Of a stretch of 64,000 bases of DNA, positions 1 to 13,995 are shown piece after piece. Source of the stretch: Eledone cirrhosa. Lineage: Eukaryota. Positions within the stretch are counted from its first letter, which is position 1. Every line of letters starts with the position of its first letter. The notes beneath the pieces are model-generated. The model ran no database searches and was not told the origin of the DNA. It was given only the letters and a program-made list of their open reading frames with translations. Position numbers and translations under genes: made by a program. The stretch covers positions 66,588,001 through 66,652,000 of the forward strand of contig OZ024742.1 in the NCBI GenBank assembly GCA_964016885.1, in the 5' to 3' direction.

Positions 1-1229
1 ACTATATTATAATTATCCTGTACCGTGGAAAACAGGGAGCATAGTGCAACTTGAATTATTTGACACCTGGATTTTGTCACCATCTATGTGACTAGATATA
101 TGTATAGTTCGACTGTTGGAAAACTGGCTGATACCACTTGTTTACCTGTTATCTCCAGTTGATTGCGCTTTCTTATAGATAACAACCCTATTTCTTCCTT
201 TATGGTTTTCATTCCACCATTTATCTCAGATCATGTTACCGAATTACTTTTATGTGAAATCACAGTGGGTAGGGTTACATTGATGAAATCAACTTAAATA
301 CTATTTTATATTATTGACTGATGACATGCAATGGGGTGTTCACAGGTAACTGGAATTAGAACGTCAACGGTTGTACCTAAGACTACATGGCATTTCGCTC
401 GAAACTGTAAATTTCTACTAACAATAAAACAGATCAATGAAAAGTATAACAAATAATTATAATGATTTCTAATTCAGAAAATAATTAACAAAATACCCCC
501 AACATTTTGAAATATTTAAAATTTGAGGAAATTATACACAAAAACATATCAACACTATGTAAGATATAAAGAAGCGGAATAAGGTACCATCATTAAGCAT
601 AAATGAATACAATTTTGCAAGGTGTTTCTTACAGAATATTATGATTATTCACAATTATCATAATCATATTGATGTATGTTTTAGTTTGCTGTTTTTTGTT
701 ATGTCTTCAAAGCGAAATAGCTTTAATTTGCAGCTAAATTTATAATACAGTCTGTAAAGTGATTTTCCATTGCGATTATATGAAAAAAATATTGCCCAAA
801 GAAATATTAAAGAATTTTCTATTTGGAAAAATCAAAGGTTAAAATACTTAAAGTCTTTTGTTGAATTACTATTGCAAGACATTTCAAGAAAAGCAAAATA
901 GACGAAAGACAACTAATAATTAGAGTTGAGCTATACTTGGAAGTTACAGAAGCATCATTGTCATGTTTAAGATCTAAATATTTAGATTGCCCTTCTAGCA
1001 TGAATGATGTATTCAAATGCTGTCACGAATTTTGACAAGGAATAAGATTATAGAATAAAATAGGTTGATGTCATGGATTGATAATTCCATTGACAATCGA
1101 TAATTACGCTGAATAGTATTTGTGGTTTACTGAGAGATGTGAAATATATTTTGTCAGATCTAAGTTTTCGGAGAGATGTGTAACATAGACGCAACGTTTT
1201 TATACAAGCAGCTGTGCATTGAATCCAAG

Positions 1230-1420
1230 GGCTGTGGACTGGCAGTATCGGTAGAGTGTCACACACCATGCTTTGCAGCAGAGAGTTGTTGCCCTTTACG
1301 TTCTGAGTTCAAATCCCGACAGGATTAGCTTTGCCTTTCTTCCTTACGGGGTCGATAAAATAAAGTACCAGTAATGCACTGGGATAGTTGCTGGCCTTGT
1401 GCCAAAAGTAGAAAATTATT
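1230..1420 (+). mobile_element. tRNA-derived SINE, family 1
   Basis: A-box-like TGGCAGTATCGGT, B-box GAGTTCAAATCC, central TTTGCCTTTC..CCTTACGGGGTCGATAAAATAAAGTACCAG (resembles the Meta/MESC SINE domain, from memory), tail GGCCTTGTGCC.AAAGTAGAAA; more than 10 copies in the window. Confidence 0.85.
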
Positions 1421-2209
1421 ACAGTGAATCCAAACGTAAATATTTTGTTTTCAGAAACTTAAAGCATTGGCGTAGTTACATAGTTACACAATGATGGCTA
1501 TAAGAAATGTACACTAGCACGTTTAATTTATAGTATATAGTGTTAGCTATATGGAATGGATAGAAATAATGTGCAGGAGAATTAATATATAGAAGATAGA
1601 ATGAGAAATGCAAGATGAAATTAAAAGATAGAGATTGAGAAGAACTGAAAAATGTTTGAGAAAACGCATGCGTGTATTCATATATACACACGAGGATTGG
1701 CTGAAAAGTTAATAAGCTCACCATGACACTCCGATGGAATGACCACATGAGATTAATGTTTCAACATATTATCTGGAGAGAAAAATGCATTCATTAATAA
1801 GAGTTGAAATTAATGCATGCAAGTTTTCACTGCTCTAGCACCAGCCTATGATGTTTTTAGCCGATCATTGTACGTAGAACCTAGTTAATTGCCTAAGTCT
1901 AATCCCAGACATTAGAATCCAATGAAAATATCACAATACTGATCACTTAAAATGGCACTCCAAGGAAAACATCGAAAGCTTGGTATATTGAATTATTTGT
2001 CAGTTGTACTGAATAAATGCTGTTATAGAAAATACTCAATAATAGTATCGATATGATCGACTACATTTCTTTGTAGCAATGATGCAGCCTGACCAAAATC
2101 TAAAGCTTAAATCATTAAATTTGAATGAAAATAAAGCTATATAATATTGGTACAGCACGACACATGTTTCTGAAAATTTCCATAGTATAAATCTTGATAT
2201 TATTTGACA

Positions 2210-2395
2210 GGTGGATTGGCAGTATCGGTAGAGAGTCGGACGCCATGCTTACCAGCATAGTTACGTCCCTTTGCGGTCTGAGTTCAAATCCCCCCGAGGT
2301 TAACTTTGCCTTTCATCCTTACGGGGTCGATAAAATAAAGTACCAGTAATGTACTGATTAATTGCTGGCCTTGTGCCTAAAGTAGAAACAATTAT
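2210..2395 (+). mobile_element. SINE family 1, full length with TSD
   Basis: Same head, body and tail; flanked by direct repeat ATTATTTGACAG. Confidence 0.9.
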
Positions 2396-2799
2396 TTGAC
2401 AGATATAAAGTTTATATGGACTGGGGATTTTGAAACGTAAATAAGTACTTTCTGCGATTTGAGTGCAACATATAAAAGGATACAATTAAACACTGTGATG
2501 TGTTTATTCTATCATCTTATTATTGCTGTCAATTTTGGCATTTAAAAGAAATAATAACATAGTTTTAACCATTTGTGAGGCTTTAGAGGTATGAATGTGA
2601 ATAACACGTTTGCTATCCATTCATGTCTACAAAGATTAAATATACAATTAAGAGAAGGATGCTGGTGGACATTATGGAAATTCAAATTATGTGAGGATGG
2701 GAATTATATTTTTCTGTTATCAAAGAAAACATTTCATTTGTGTGCGGGTGAGATCTGAATATTAAGTGCGTGACAAAAATAGAGACAAATAAAGAGCGC

Positions 2800-3480
2800 A
2801 CTGAGAAAGAGATTACTGAGAAGCACATGCTGAAAAGGAATTCAATACGAATTGCATGATCTGAATAAAATAATATATTACCTTCATGCTGGGGAAGTGA
2901 TGAATTTGAAGTGTACATTGAAAAAGATCCAATATGGGGGAGGAGGGAAAAGGGAGATAGTCAAATGCATGATGGGAAATATATGTAAGTAAATTGGATG
3001 ATAGAAAAAGACAATGATAAAATGTATGCTGCGAAAGAGAGGAATTTGAATTCATTGAATACTGAGAACGATGTGGAATTAAAATTCATGCTTGGAAAAG
3101 GGAATTATGAAGCGCATACTGAAAAAATGGCGCAATTGATATGAATATTACGAAAGAGATAAAAATGGAATGTATGCTGAGGAAACAGTGAAAGTTTTTT
3201 ACATGTTGGTAGAGAGTTAGAAGTAAAATGCATGCCGATAAAGAGGTAAAATAGGGAGAAGAGTTTCCATTTTAGCTTGTTGCTGGTAAAGAAAGAAATT
3301 CATGCTTTAGCTAGTGAGGGGAGAAAATCACCAATACTGCGATGTCGAGGGAAAACTGAAAAACATCTTTCTGGAAAAGCATTTGGAATTATGGGTAAAA
3401 AGAAGTGATTTTAGCAACATCGTCTGAAACAAACGGGAAATGCATGATGGGATAGAAGAAAGAAGGGGCGGGGTAAAATT
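2800..3480. repeat. Degenerate ~29-30 bp tandem repeat
   Basis: (A)TGCATGCTG-like motif recurs near 2826, 2855, 2885, 2968, 3025, 3087, 3115, 3172, 3202, 3231. Confidence 0.55.
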
Positions 3481-3639
3481 GAAATAGAAACAGCTTAAGT
3501 ATTAGTTTGCTGTGTTTCTTCACGCTGATTTATCGATATACAGCTACAGGCAAGAATAAATCGATACACAAGACGTTTTCGTATTTTTTCTTTCACCAAT
3601 GGATTTCTTTTTAATTTTAGACATGTTTAAAGCTTTCAG

Positions 3640-5225
3640 ACAGTTATTAACAACAACAACAAAAATACCAACAATAGCAGCAACAATAATAACAATAACA
3701 TCAGCAGAATCAAGAAAAATAACTAGAACAACTCCAACTGCTGTCATAACAACAGCAAGAAAAGCAGCTCGAAATTACCAGCAATATCAGTAACACTACA
3801 GACAAGAATAATATAGATATTTGAAGACAACACGAAGAGTTTACAACAGAAAACATAACACCAATAATTGCATTATTAAAGAGCTCAAAAACAACAACAA
3901 TTCTTACGGCGTTAAAGACACCAATACCACCGTAATCATCACCAGCATAAGCACCAGCCACACCATCAACAACAACAAAAAACAGCAACAACAACAATAA
4001 ATACCACCACGATATCAGCATGAAAAATATGATCAGCGTTGTTAAACACCCAAACAGCAACGATAAATGTTACATATAAGAACGAGGACACAAAAACAAC
4101 CGCTATATGAGAAGCAAACACTTTTACTGCAACGACAAAGATAAACTGGTAGCCAGAAAACAGTCATGTCTGCAGCTAAATTGTTATAAATAACACCATA
4201 ACTTCCCAAATAAGGAAGGGAAGATTAAATAGTGTTTTCCTAGATATATATGTTGACGGATTGGTACAGGATTTAATGTTTTCAATGGTAAGTTTCCTCA
4301 GTCAGAGCTCAGCCGGGTTAAAAATCGTTACAACCACCCCGTGTTTTGTATATCTAGGAATAGATAGATAACAGCGAAATAACTTAACATTATTACTACC
4401 CCGTCACTCATACTATATAAAAACAAATAGCTAAAACAGGAGAGAGATGTGCGAGACTTTTCGCAATAAATAACAGTAAAATATATCTACTATTTTGAAA
4501 TGAAGGATGTATAGTAAAATTCAGGCTTCTGAATTATAGAAAATTTGGTGCAGAATGCAACATATGCTACTAAAAGGCCATTGAATATGTCTCGACGTGG
4601 TCACTCCACCCTCTAGAAATGGCAAAATCCACTATCATAAAGAAAAATGATATTGGATAATATGATTTTAGTTGCCTCGAACCAGTCGGAAAGTCAGGGC
4701 TATTTTGTATTCAATAATAAATATTCTGGAACAAGTTTCTCAATCTAAATGTCGACAAAACTAATACTTTCAACTCACGCCCATATCAAACTGAAAACCA
4801 TGTATTACACACTAATTACACACCCGCATGACCAGGTGTTACTACCGCGTCACCAACACGACCACCACTAACAAATTCAGTGACAAAACCACCACAGCAA
4901 ACTACAACATCAGGAATACCACCACCACCACCACCACCACTACCACACAGTACAATCACTTCGTCAACATGGTACACCATCAACACCGCCATTACACGAT
5001 ACTATCACATTTAAACCACAATAAGAACCACTACATCCTAGTAGCATATCAACCACACTCCACTCCCACCACCTACGCAACATACTAACACATCAACACC
5101 AGCATCAATAAGACATCAAATGACCATATCAACAGCACCACCAACACACCATGCTACAACGTTACATTAGTTAACACCACTCTAATACGACACTCTCAGC
5201 AACATTATCCCCCACCACAACCATG
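3640..5225. repeat. Low-complexity (CAA)n/(CAC)n-rich tracts (about 3640-4100 and 4830-5225)
   Basis: Degenerate trinucleotide runs producing spurious Thr/Asn/His ORFs. Confidence 0.7.
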
Positions 5226-5779
5226 ATGTGGAGAAAAATATTCTTTAGATGTATCTATATGGGTCAAAGAAAACTCGTTTTAAATGTACTTTAATATCTG
5301 ATAATGAGAGGTTCGGTGCCGGAGTTCAAGAAGGGGAGACTGGTGGTGATGTTGGTGATATCTTGATGGTGCAGAAACGGTAATGATGTTGCTGTTGGGC
5401 AATAGAGAAGGTTTAGAATAGTATTTGTGGAAATGTTGCTGTTGGCAATAGAAGAATATGGTTCTAGTAAGAAATAGAAAGGGAGATAATAATAGTGTGT
5501 GTGCCTGTGGAAGATTGGTTACACAGATAATGACGTGATTGCGGTGGTAATTATCTTTCATAAAGACAAAATTATTAAAATAAAAGAACGAAAAATAAAA
5601 TGTTATGATTTTGATTTTGGTGACGTCATTCTGTACATATGTGAACAAAAACGGCCCTAACTCTGAACCTAACTCTAACGACATCTGTATATTCACAATC
5701 ATTCTGGAAGCACATAAATAATTATTGTAACAGATACAAATGCAATAAACTCTAATATTCAGATTCAGATTCAACGCGA

Positions 5780-5829
<50 letters not shown>

Positions 5830-5850
5830 AAATATATATTGTATATATAT

Positions 5851-6186
5851 AGTAATAATAATAAATTTGACGAATAACATCCAAAGAGGGTTCGATAAGG
5901 ATAAATATATATCAAATATATAAGAACCGTAGAGCAAATATTTATTAAAATAACAGATTAAAGTTTAAGCAAAGAATCGCTGCTTTCACCCTTAACGGGA
6001 TCTTCAGAAGATCCAAGATCCAGCTAAGGGTGAAAGCAGCGATTCTTTGCTTAGACTTTAATCTGTTATTTTAATAAATATTATATATATATATATATTT
6101 GCTCTACGGTTCTTATATATTTCATATATATTTATCCTTATTGAGCCCTCTTTGGATTTTAGTCTTCAAAATTCTTATTATTAGTA
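5851..6186. mobile_element. Palindrome made of two inverted PLE 3' terminal (pLTR) pieces in (TA)n
   Basis: Arms match the terminus of the PLE at 48346-48506; apex GGATCTTCAGAAGATCC sits at the HHR core. Confidence 0.85.
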
Positions 6187-6197
6187 TATATATATAT

Positions 6198-6880
6198 TTC
6201 GTTTCTGAATTTGTTTAGCAAGATTATTTATCTGAAAACGTGTGTTGAAACCGATATTGTTATGCTTTGAGAGGGTCATGTTGCCAATAAGAAACACACG
6301 CACCAGTCGCTTTCACTTCAATTTATTATAAATAAAATTTATAAATTTAGGAATTTATAAATTTCCGGTTGGTTGGTTTCACAACCAGACGATTGTTCAT
6401 ATATTGTTAAAGATCTTTCATCATACATTCTGTGACGTCTTCAGTGACTGGGGATTCTTTTCTTTGTTTTTGTGCCTCTCCTTTGTTCTGTCCTACGCCA
6501 TCTTGTTTTTGTGTGTGTTGTGTGCTTTGTTTGCGCATGTGTTACATCCGGGTGTCTGTGTGTGTTTATATTTGTTTATGTATTTGTTTATTTACATGTT
6601 ACTGGTTGGTTGTTCGTTCAATGTGTGTGTGTGTTTTCATTTTGTCCTTAATTGTAAGTTATGATGTTGCTGTTCCATTCTTGTTTTCTATTTAATTTTG
6701 GTTGGATTTCATTTATGTTTATTGCTCTGTGATTTGTCTAAACATTGTGTCTTTTCTCTGTGTAGATTCTATTTTTCTTTCTATGTTCTCTAATTTACCC
6801 TTATGTTCTATTTTAGCATGTTGGTGGAGTACAGATGATTCTTTACTATCTTGAAGCTCCCGCCAGTGTACATTTTCAAT
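6198..6880 (-). mobile_element. PLE 3' fragment (GIY-YIG C-terminus plus pLTR)
   Basis: EHWRELQDSKESSVLHQHAKIEH...RQITE; near-identical to 9375-9995. Confidence 0.85.
6406..6448 (-). ncRNA. Minimal type I hammerhead ribozyme motif (decayed)
   Basis: guca CUGAAGA c-gucacagaauguaugau GAAA GAUC UU uaac; helix III AGAUCU is palindromic. Confidence 0.65.
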
Positions 6881-6916
6881 ACTATATGTATATATATATA
6901 TATATGTATATATATA

Positions 6917-7433
6917 TAAGTATGTAGACGTACATACATATATGTATACAGACGTACAGTAGTATGTATATATATATATACATACATGCACACATATATA
7001 TATGTACGTATGGATTAACAGAACATTTATTATAATGCTCGGTGTGTTTGTAAACAAACATCCCGTATTAAACCGTACAGTGTCTAGCAACCATCGTTGC
7101 TCGTTTGTTCAACACTGACAAAGGAACGCTGTACTAGTTTCAAGCTTATTAGCTATCGTCAGCAACGTATACCTTCCTGCCAGATTGTTGAACGTATATA
7201 CTTAGCTTATGCATATTAACGGCTGAGTAGCCCAATTTGCATATCGAGTGGGTTAATCGGCCGAGTGCACCGAAAACGATAAACGAAAAAAATGAAACGA
7301 AATTTCATTTCCCACTCTTAGTACGGCTGTTACTTAAATATAAGTATGTATACGTACATACATATATATATACAGACGTACAGTAGTATGTATATATATA
7401 CATACATGCACACATATATATATGTACGTATGG
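6917..7433 (-). mobile_element. 424-bp non-coding unit with ~95-bp terminal redundancy and one HHR (retrozyme-like or solo pLTR)
   Basis: Direct repeats 6917-7013 and 7341-7433; HHR at 7126-7168. Confidence 0.6.
7126..7168 (-). ncRNA. Minimal type I hammerhead ribozyme motif
   Basis: acguug CUGACGA u-agcu-aaua-agcu-u GAAA CUAG UA cagcgu; all three helices pair; GUA triplet; palindromic ACUAGU. Confidence 0.85.
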
Positions 7434-8965
7434 TTCGGTTGGTAGTGACCACAACTTCATAGATTACAGCTGGTGTGTTGCATTGCTGTTGAAGCTGGCA
7501 AGCTTCAGGCTTACGGCAAGAGCACCCTGGTGGTGTGTTGCTCCTAGGGCTGCTGGTGATGTGGGCCTTCATGTTCATTTTTTATCTGAGACATATTACG
7601 TGTTAGATTCCCGGACTTCCACACGGGAATATACGGTGACGATGGACTGACTTTATCGAGCCATAATAGTGGTCACGACCTCGACCGGTTTAATAAAGAC
7701 TTAGCTTCTACCTTCAATGAGTTAGGCCTTAGGATAACAGTAGCCACCAACCTCTCTAGCGTAGATTTCTTAGACATTAATTTAGACCTTCGCACCCACA
7801 CTTACACAGCCTTCCATAAGCTAAACGAGAAACTTAATTACATTCACAAGGACTCACGCCACCATCCGACAGTTTTTAGAAACTTCCTTAAGTATATCAG
7901 TACTAGAACCTCAAACATGTCCTCTAATAAGCTATCTTTGACAGGGCGGCACTCTACTATAACACGACGTTGGCTAACAGCGGCTTCTTCCAACCTATCA
8001 CTTACTCTCCCACTAGCAACAACACCATTAAAAAAGTAAGCGCAACAATAGAAAAACTATCTGGTTCTCTCCTCCCTTCTCACTCAACGTTAAAATCAAT
8101 GTAGGAAAAAAATATCTAGCCCACTTAGAGAGACACTTCGCCATAGGTCATAAATACCGCTCTTTCTTTAACCGACACAAAGTTAAACTAGGATATTCCT
8201 GCGCTAAGAACATGAAGGCCCATATCACCAGCAGCCCTAGGAGCAACACCTCACCAGGGTGCTTTTGCCGTAAGCCTGAAGCTTGCCCCCTTCAACAGCA
8301 ATGCAACACACCAGCTGTAATCTATGAAGCTGTGGTCATTTCCAACCGACCAAACGAACCACAGGAGGTCAAATCCTATGTGGGCATGGCGGAGGGCCGA
8401 TTCAAGGAGCGTTTCCTGAACCACCAGTCTACCTTCAGATACCCGGACGGACGTTCATCCACGAAACTCGCGAGCCACGTATGGTCCCTCAAGGACTCAA
8501 GTATAGGTTGCTCCATTCAATGGAAAGCCATCACTAAGTCCAAGCCATACGCAAGGGGAAAGCCGACGTGTGGCTTATCTATTGACGAACGAATAACTAT
8601 CCTAAAGAGATTACGCAATAGTGATTGCTTAAACACGAGAAGTGAATTTTTCACACGTTGTCCACACGTCACCAAACATCTATAGCATAACTACAAGGCT
8701 CCGGACTGATTCTTTGTAATTTTATTTTTAATTTTATTTTAATTTTATTTTCAAACTAAAAACTTTCCGGACTTTCGCAGTTATCTCCCTTACACCTCTC
8801 CCACGCAGTCTAGTATTGCCTGTGTGAAGTGACCGAGTTTCTGCTCTTGTGCGTTCGTACGGCTGTCCTTCCTCTTCCTATAACCATACACATCCAGAGC
8901 TGAAGATCCGTAAGGTGAAACAATTGTTCTCGGTATGGTGAACTAACTGTTGTGTAACCACTTCT
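7434..8965 (+). mobile_element. 5'-truncated Naiad-like PLE with inverted 5' segment (7434-7578)
   Basis: RT remnant GIYGDDGL near 7626; IWFSPPFS; ORF 8212-8685 with CxCRxxxxCPLxxxC, VIY/YVG (GIY-YIG) and CxL; 7434-7578 is the reverse complement of about 8209-8352. Confidence 0.9.
8884..8938 (+). ncRNA. Minimal type I hammerhead ribozyme motif in PLE 3' pLTR
   Basis: ccaua..cc-a-gag CUGAAGA u-cc-guaa-gg-u GAAA CAAUUG UU cucgg-uaugg; palindromic ACAAUUGU. Confidence 0.8.
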
Positions 8966-8967
8966 AT

Positions 8968-9004
<37 letters not shown>

Positions 9005-9018
9005 TAAATAAATATATA

Positions 9019-9110
<92 letters not shown>

Positions 9111-9194
9111 TTTGCTCTACTGTTCTTATATATTTGATATATATTCATCCTTATCGATCCTTCTTTGGATTTTAGTCTACAAATTTATTATTAT

Positions 9195-9226
<32 letters not shown>

Positions 9227-9233
<7 letters not shown>

Positions 9234-9310
9234 AAATTTATTATAATAAATTGAAGTGAAAGCAACTGGTGCGTGTGTTTCTTATTGGCAACATGACCCT
9301 CCCAAAGTAT

Positions 9311-9379
<69 letters not shown>

Positions 9380-10416
9380 TATACTTTGGGAGGGTCATGT
9401 TGCCAATAAGAAACACACGCACCAGTAACTTTCACTTCAATTTATTATAATAAATTTATAAATTTAGGAATTTATAAATTTCCGGTTGGTTGGTTGGTTC
9501 CACAACCAGATGGTTGTTTATATATTGTCAAAGTGCTTTCGTCACACATTCTGTGACCTCTTCAGTGACTGGGGATTCTTTTCTTTGTTTTTTGTGCCTC
9601 TCCTTTGTTCTGTCCTACGCCATCTTCTTTTTGTGCGTGTGCTGTGTGCTTAGTTTGCGCATGTGTTACATCCGGGTGTCTGTGTGTGTTTATATTTGTT
9701 TATTTATTTGTTTATTTACATGTTACTGGTTGTTTGTTTGTTCTATGTGCGTGTTTGTTTTCATTTTGCCCTTAATTGTAAGTTGTGATGTTGCTGTTCC
9801 ACTCATGTTTTCTATTTAATTTTGGTTGTAATTCATTTATGTTTATTGCCTATGTGATTTGTCTAAACATTGCGTCTTTTCTGTTTGTAGATTCTATTTT
9901 TATTTCTCTGTTCTCTAATTTACCCTTATGTTCTATTTTAGCATGTTGGTAGAGTACAGATGATTCTTTACTATCTTGAAGGTCTCGCCAGTGTTCATTT
10001 ATCCGTTCCCTTGTACTACGAGCTGTCTCACCTATGTACACTATATTTTTATCTCTACATTGTCCTTCAGTACATCTTATGCTATATACTACATTTCTAG
10101 TTTTACAGTTAATATGGGGGCTTAATTTACAGATTATACATTTCTTATCTATACAGGGAGGTCTTTGAAAAGGGTATGTCTTGCTAATAAGTGTTTTTAT
10201 GGAGGGACCTGGTCTTTCTACTATCTTAATATTGAGTTTATCTTTATCTAGGGCCCTTCTAAATTTGTAAACTAATTCACTTCTAGGGGTTGTATCGATG
10301 AACATTACACTCTCGTATTTATTGCTATCATACCATGAGTTTATTCTATTAGTCTTATTTATAGTTCTTTCTATTGTATTCCAAAATTTGCTCCTATACA
10401 AGGGGCAGGTAAACAT
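9227..10416 (-). mobile_element. PLE 3' fragment (thumb/linker, GIY-YIG, pLTR) with inverted terminal piece 9227-9316
   Basis: ORF 9850-10416: CxxxxCxxC..C..NVVYSIRC..YIGETARS..ERINEH; paralogous to the ORF at 30813. Confidence 0.9.
9527..9569 (-). ncRNA. Minimal type I hammerhead ribozyme motif
   Basis: guca CUGAAGA g-gucaca-gaaug-ugugac GAAA GCAC UU ugac. Confidence 0.75.
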
Positions 10417-10711
10417 TTCTTATTATGAAAGTGCTTATTCACGTAACTGCGTCAACTAACCACACTTCACTCATATATGAAAAAAACAATCTGAGCCCCC
10501 CTCCCCCTTTTTTTAAAGGCAAATATAAATAGAACTTTGTAACGAGAACTGGCGCGAAATGTATTATACTTATTCACATGACAATCATCATCCAACCAAA
10601 TTACTTCTCTAAAAACCTAGCATTTCGAGCCACATTTTTCCATATAAAACAGTAGTAACATTCGAACATCATCCAAATGTGAGAAAAACAACAAACCCTA
10701 CATCTCAATTC

Positions 10712-10751
10712 TTCTTTTGAAAAGCACAAGAACTGCGAAACCGGTAACGGA
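10712..10751 (+). ncRNA. HHR motif, U3-A8 core variant
   Basis: uucuu UUGAAAA gca-caagaac-ugc GAAA CCGG UA acgga; palindromic ACCGGU; same family as 14771 and 53885. Confidence 0.65.
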
Positions 10752-10897
10752 ACCAAATAAATATATTAAAAAAAAAAAGACTGCCGTTGCATTTTCGATT
10801 TCATTTTTTTCCTTATGCTTTCACTCGTGTAGGACACCTCGTCTTTTTTAATTTTGTAAAAAAACTCACTTTCTAATATATATATGTATATATATAT

Positions 10898-10956
10898 CGA
10901 ATTTCGGTGACGTGTGCGTTTTGCTTGCTTCCAAACGCACACGTCACCGAAATTCG
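10898..10956. repeat. Perfect ~24-bp-arm hairpin beside (TA)n
   Basis: CGAATTTCGGTGACGTGTGCGTTT ... AAACGCACACGTCACCGAAATTCG. Confidence 0.85.
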
Positions 10957-13280
10957 GCTTTGTTGCCTCTACTACTTGGGCGCATCAAACAGCTTTCATT
11001 TTCTTGTTTCTTATATCTTTGACAAAAAACCTTCATATTTTGCCTTCAATAAATGGTCTAGTGCCATTCTCGCAGCGTGTACGTCGGTTGGAATGCAACT
11101 CCTCATCACCTCTTCCACTTTTGATACTAGCGCCCACCAGTTCTGTTTTTCTATCTCTACTTCTCTACTAAAATTATCAATGCTAATCTAATCGCCCTAT
11201 TTTTAATATCCCACCACCTGCTGTTGACAATTCTTCCTGTCAAACGGTACTAAATGTTCTTATCTGGTCACTGTAATATTCGAATTGGGAACACGTTAAA
11301 TTGTCCGTAACCTTGTCTCTGTTTACAGAATCTATTTAGGTCGTCCATGCAGGTAAGGAATTTGCGCTCTGAAAGGCGACCACTTGTGATTGTTGATAAC
11401 ATATGCTATCTGTATCTGTTAAGTAATCAAAATCCCATCTATTACGATCTAGATGACAATACGACTGAGTAAAGTTCACACAGGCGAAACTATCCGTAAC
11501 CTGTCAGATATTTGGAACTAGCTCATTTGTTTCTTCAGGGTTTCCCCCCCTCCCACTTATATCCGCTACGCTACATAATTCCAGCTTGCGGCCAAGACAC
11601 CGTTCTTGTCCCCCTAGCAGTAAATTGCGAAATACCCGAAGAAATCCGGCCGTCAAATCCCAGTAGAGTGTGGGGAACATGTTTATTTTTTTTTGGGGGG
11701 GGGGGGTTCTCCTCACCTTCATCTCACACGAGGAGGAGGTACTATTGTCTGTAGTACAGTATTATGTTGTTTTTGTTACAGTTGTTGCAGTGGTGGTGAT
11801 GGCGGTGATGATGATAATATTGTTAGCCGTGTTTGCTTTGGCTCTTCTTATAGTCATCGTGGTGGGGATGGCTGAGTTCACGATGATAGACTCTGGTAGT
11901 GGTGGAAAGACAAACTTATTTATAGCTCCTGCTGCACTCGATTTTAGATTTTATTAGGTGTTGTTACTGTTATTGCTGCTATTGTTGATGTTGTCACTGC
12001 TATCGTTGTTCTGTGTATATTGTCTGTTCCATTCAGTGGACAGTCGGCAGTTCTGTCCAGCGGATGCAAATGCTTTGTCAACCATCGTACTTTGAACGAA
12101 AAGAATTCACGAGCCTGTTAGGTACAGAAACACAGGTTTACCCCTTAGGGGTTATATATAGACATAAACTAACCAGCTCACAAAAGGTTAATTAACTACA
12201 AAATATTAAGAGATTTTCAAAAAGATGAGATGGATAACGATGTAAAGTTTGATCAAACATACTGAGAAAATTAAACAAGTGTCGAGACACAAAGCGAAAA
12301 CGTCAATAATAATAAATGATGAATGAATCACGTGCTTTGTTATATAGATTGTTTAATGTTGTATTTCATAATGTTTAAAGTAACTAATTGTATTTCGAAT
12401 TTCAGCATCTGACAGATTTTAAAAGCATAATTTTTAATTTCACACATGACTAGAATTGGTGTAGGCCTCGCATCATGACGAAAATATTCACATATATAAA
12501 CATGCAGACCAACACAAAGATTATATATACATACACTTTCCCATGCATATATGCTAATACACGAAATACATACACAGAAACAAATACATAAACACACGAA
12601 ATTACCTTCACAGACGCTTACCAATAAATGTCCCCGTAAAATCAACGTTTTATATTTATTACCTATTTAAAATTAATATTATTTTCCTCAGTTACTACGA
12701 ATTATATTAATTACATTAATTATATTATAGTAATTGCTTTAAATATTTATAATCATCGAAATATCAGTCGTCCCTGTAGACGTGATTTGCGCTTTTGTTT
12801 AAACGCCAGAGTGAGCAGACAAATGCCAGGTTCTCCTTTTAGTTAATTGTGATCCCTAAATACAAAGCATATTCCATGAACGTCTAATGTGTACAGGGTA
12901 GCTATGCACTAGCATCAGTTGGTACATATTATCTAAATGTGCATATGTAACAAATTGAAATGACACATCATACATACAGGGCATGTGTAACACTAAACCA
13001 GTAGGTTGAGAAAATGGTCTACAAAATTGCAACATTCCACTTCATATAATAATTTAGAGATGCTATCCGGGTAGATGTACATCGATATCACCAACAAAAC
13101 TTGTCAAATTGAAGCATCTTTTCGTAAACTGGTGTAATGAGGGAAATTTTAAATTAAAAATCTCTTACTATAAAACTCGTCATTTTCGAAAGTACCTATG
13201 CTAGTACGTGCATATGTACATACATAGGCATATATATGTATGTATAAAGACACACATGCACATATATACATACATATACT

Positions 13281-13464
<184 letters not shown>

Positions 13465-13580
13465 TAAAACAATGAAATAAAAAATAAAGTCATTAGAAAT
13501 ATACTTCACTGCTTTACGATCGTTTCTAGTTCGATTAAGTTCTTCATGCAGACTAGACCCGACAACTTACCGTCGATATC

Positions 13581-13616
<36 letters not shown>

Positions 13617-13691
13617 TGTGTGAGTGTGTATCACGGGTTCAATCGGGGATAACCACAGTAAGTAAGGAACCCAATACATAGAAGAGTATAA

Positions 13692-13796
13692 ATATTTAAT
13701 ATAGAAATGGCTTCTACAGGACTAGAACATCATCAGGATGATATCCTTCGAATGAAACAGTTCTAGTCCTGTAGAAACCATTTCTATATTAAATAT
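13692..13796. repeat. Inverted repeat with HHR remnants at the apex
   Basis: ~37-bp arms; apex has ATCATCAG (CTGATGAT on the minus strand) and GATGA-tatccttcgaat-GAAACAGTTCTAGTC. Confidence 0.6.
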
Positions 13797-13995
13797 ATAT
13801 ATATATAAACCTGAAAGTGTTTTCATTGCTTTGGTATTGTGGCTAGGCTTGCTTGCCGCAGTTTTCCATTTATCTTGCTATCTAACGTATGTTATTACTC
13901 TGAGCTCCAGCCTCATCGAGTGCTTGGCTGCATATTCCTAGGTGTACATCGTTTGCTTGGCTACAGCCGAAATGTAGATTTTATATATATATATA

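Noticed and set aside
318-345. CTGATGA
   Set aside because: No helix II or GAAA downstream
1-1020. Possible host exons
   Set aside because: Candidate AG/GT joins give in-frame stops
4262-4305. Minus-strand CTGAGGA...GAAA
   Set aside because: Helices I, II and III do not pair convincingly
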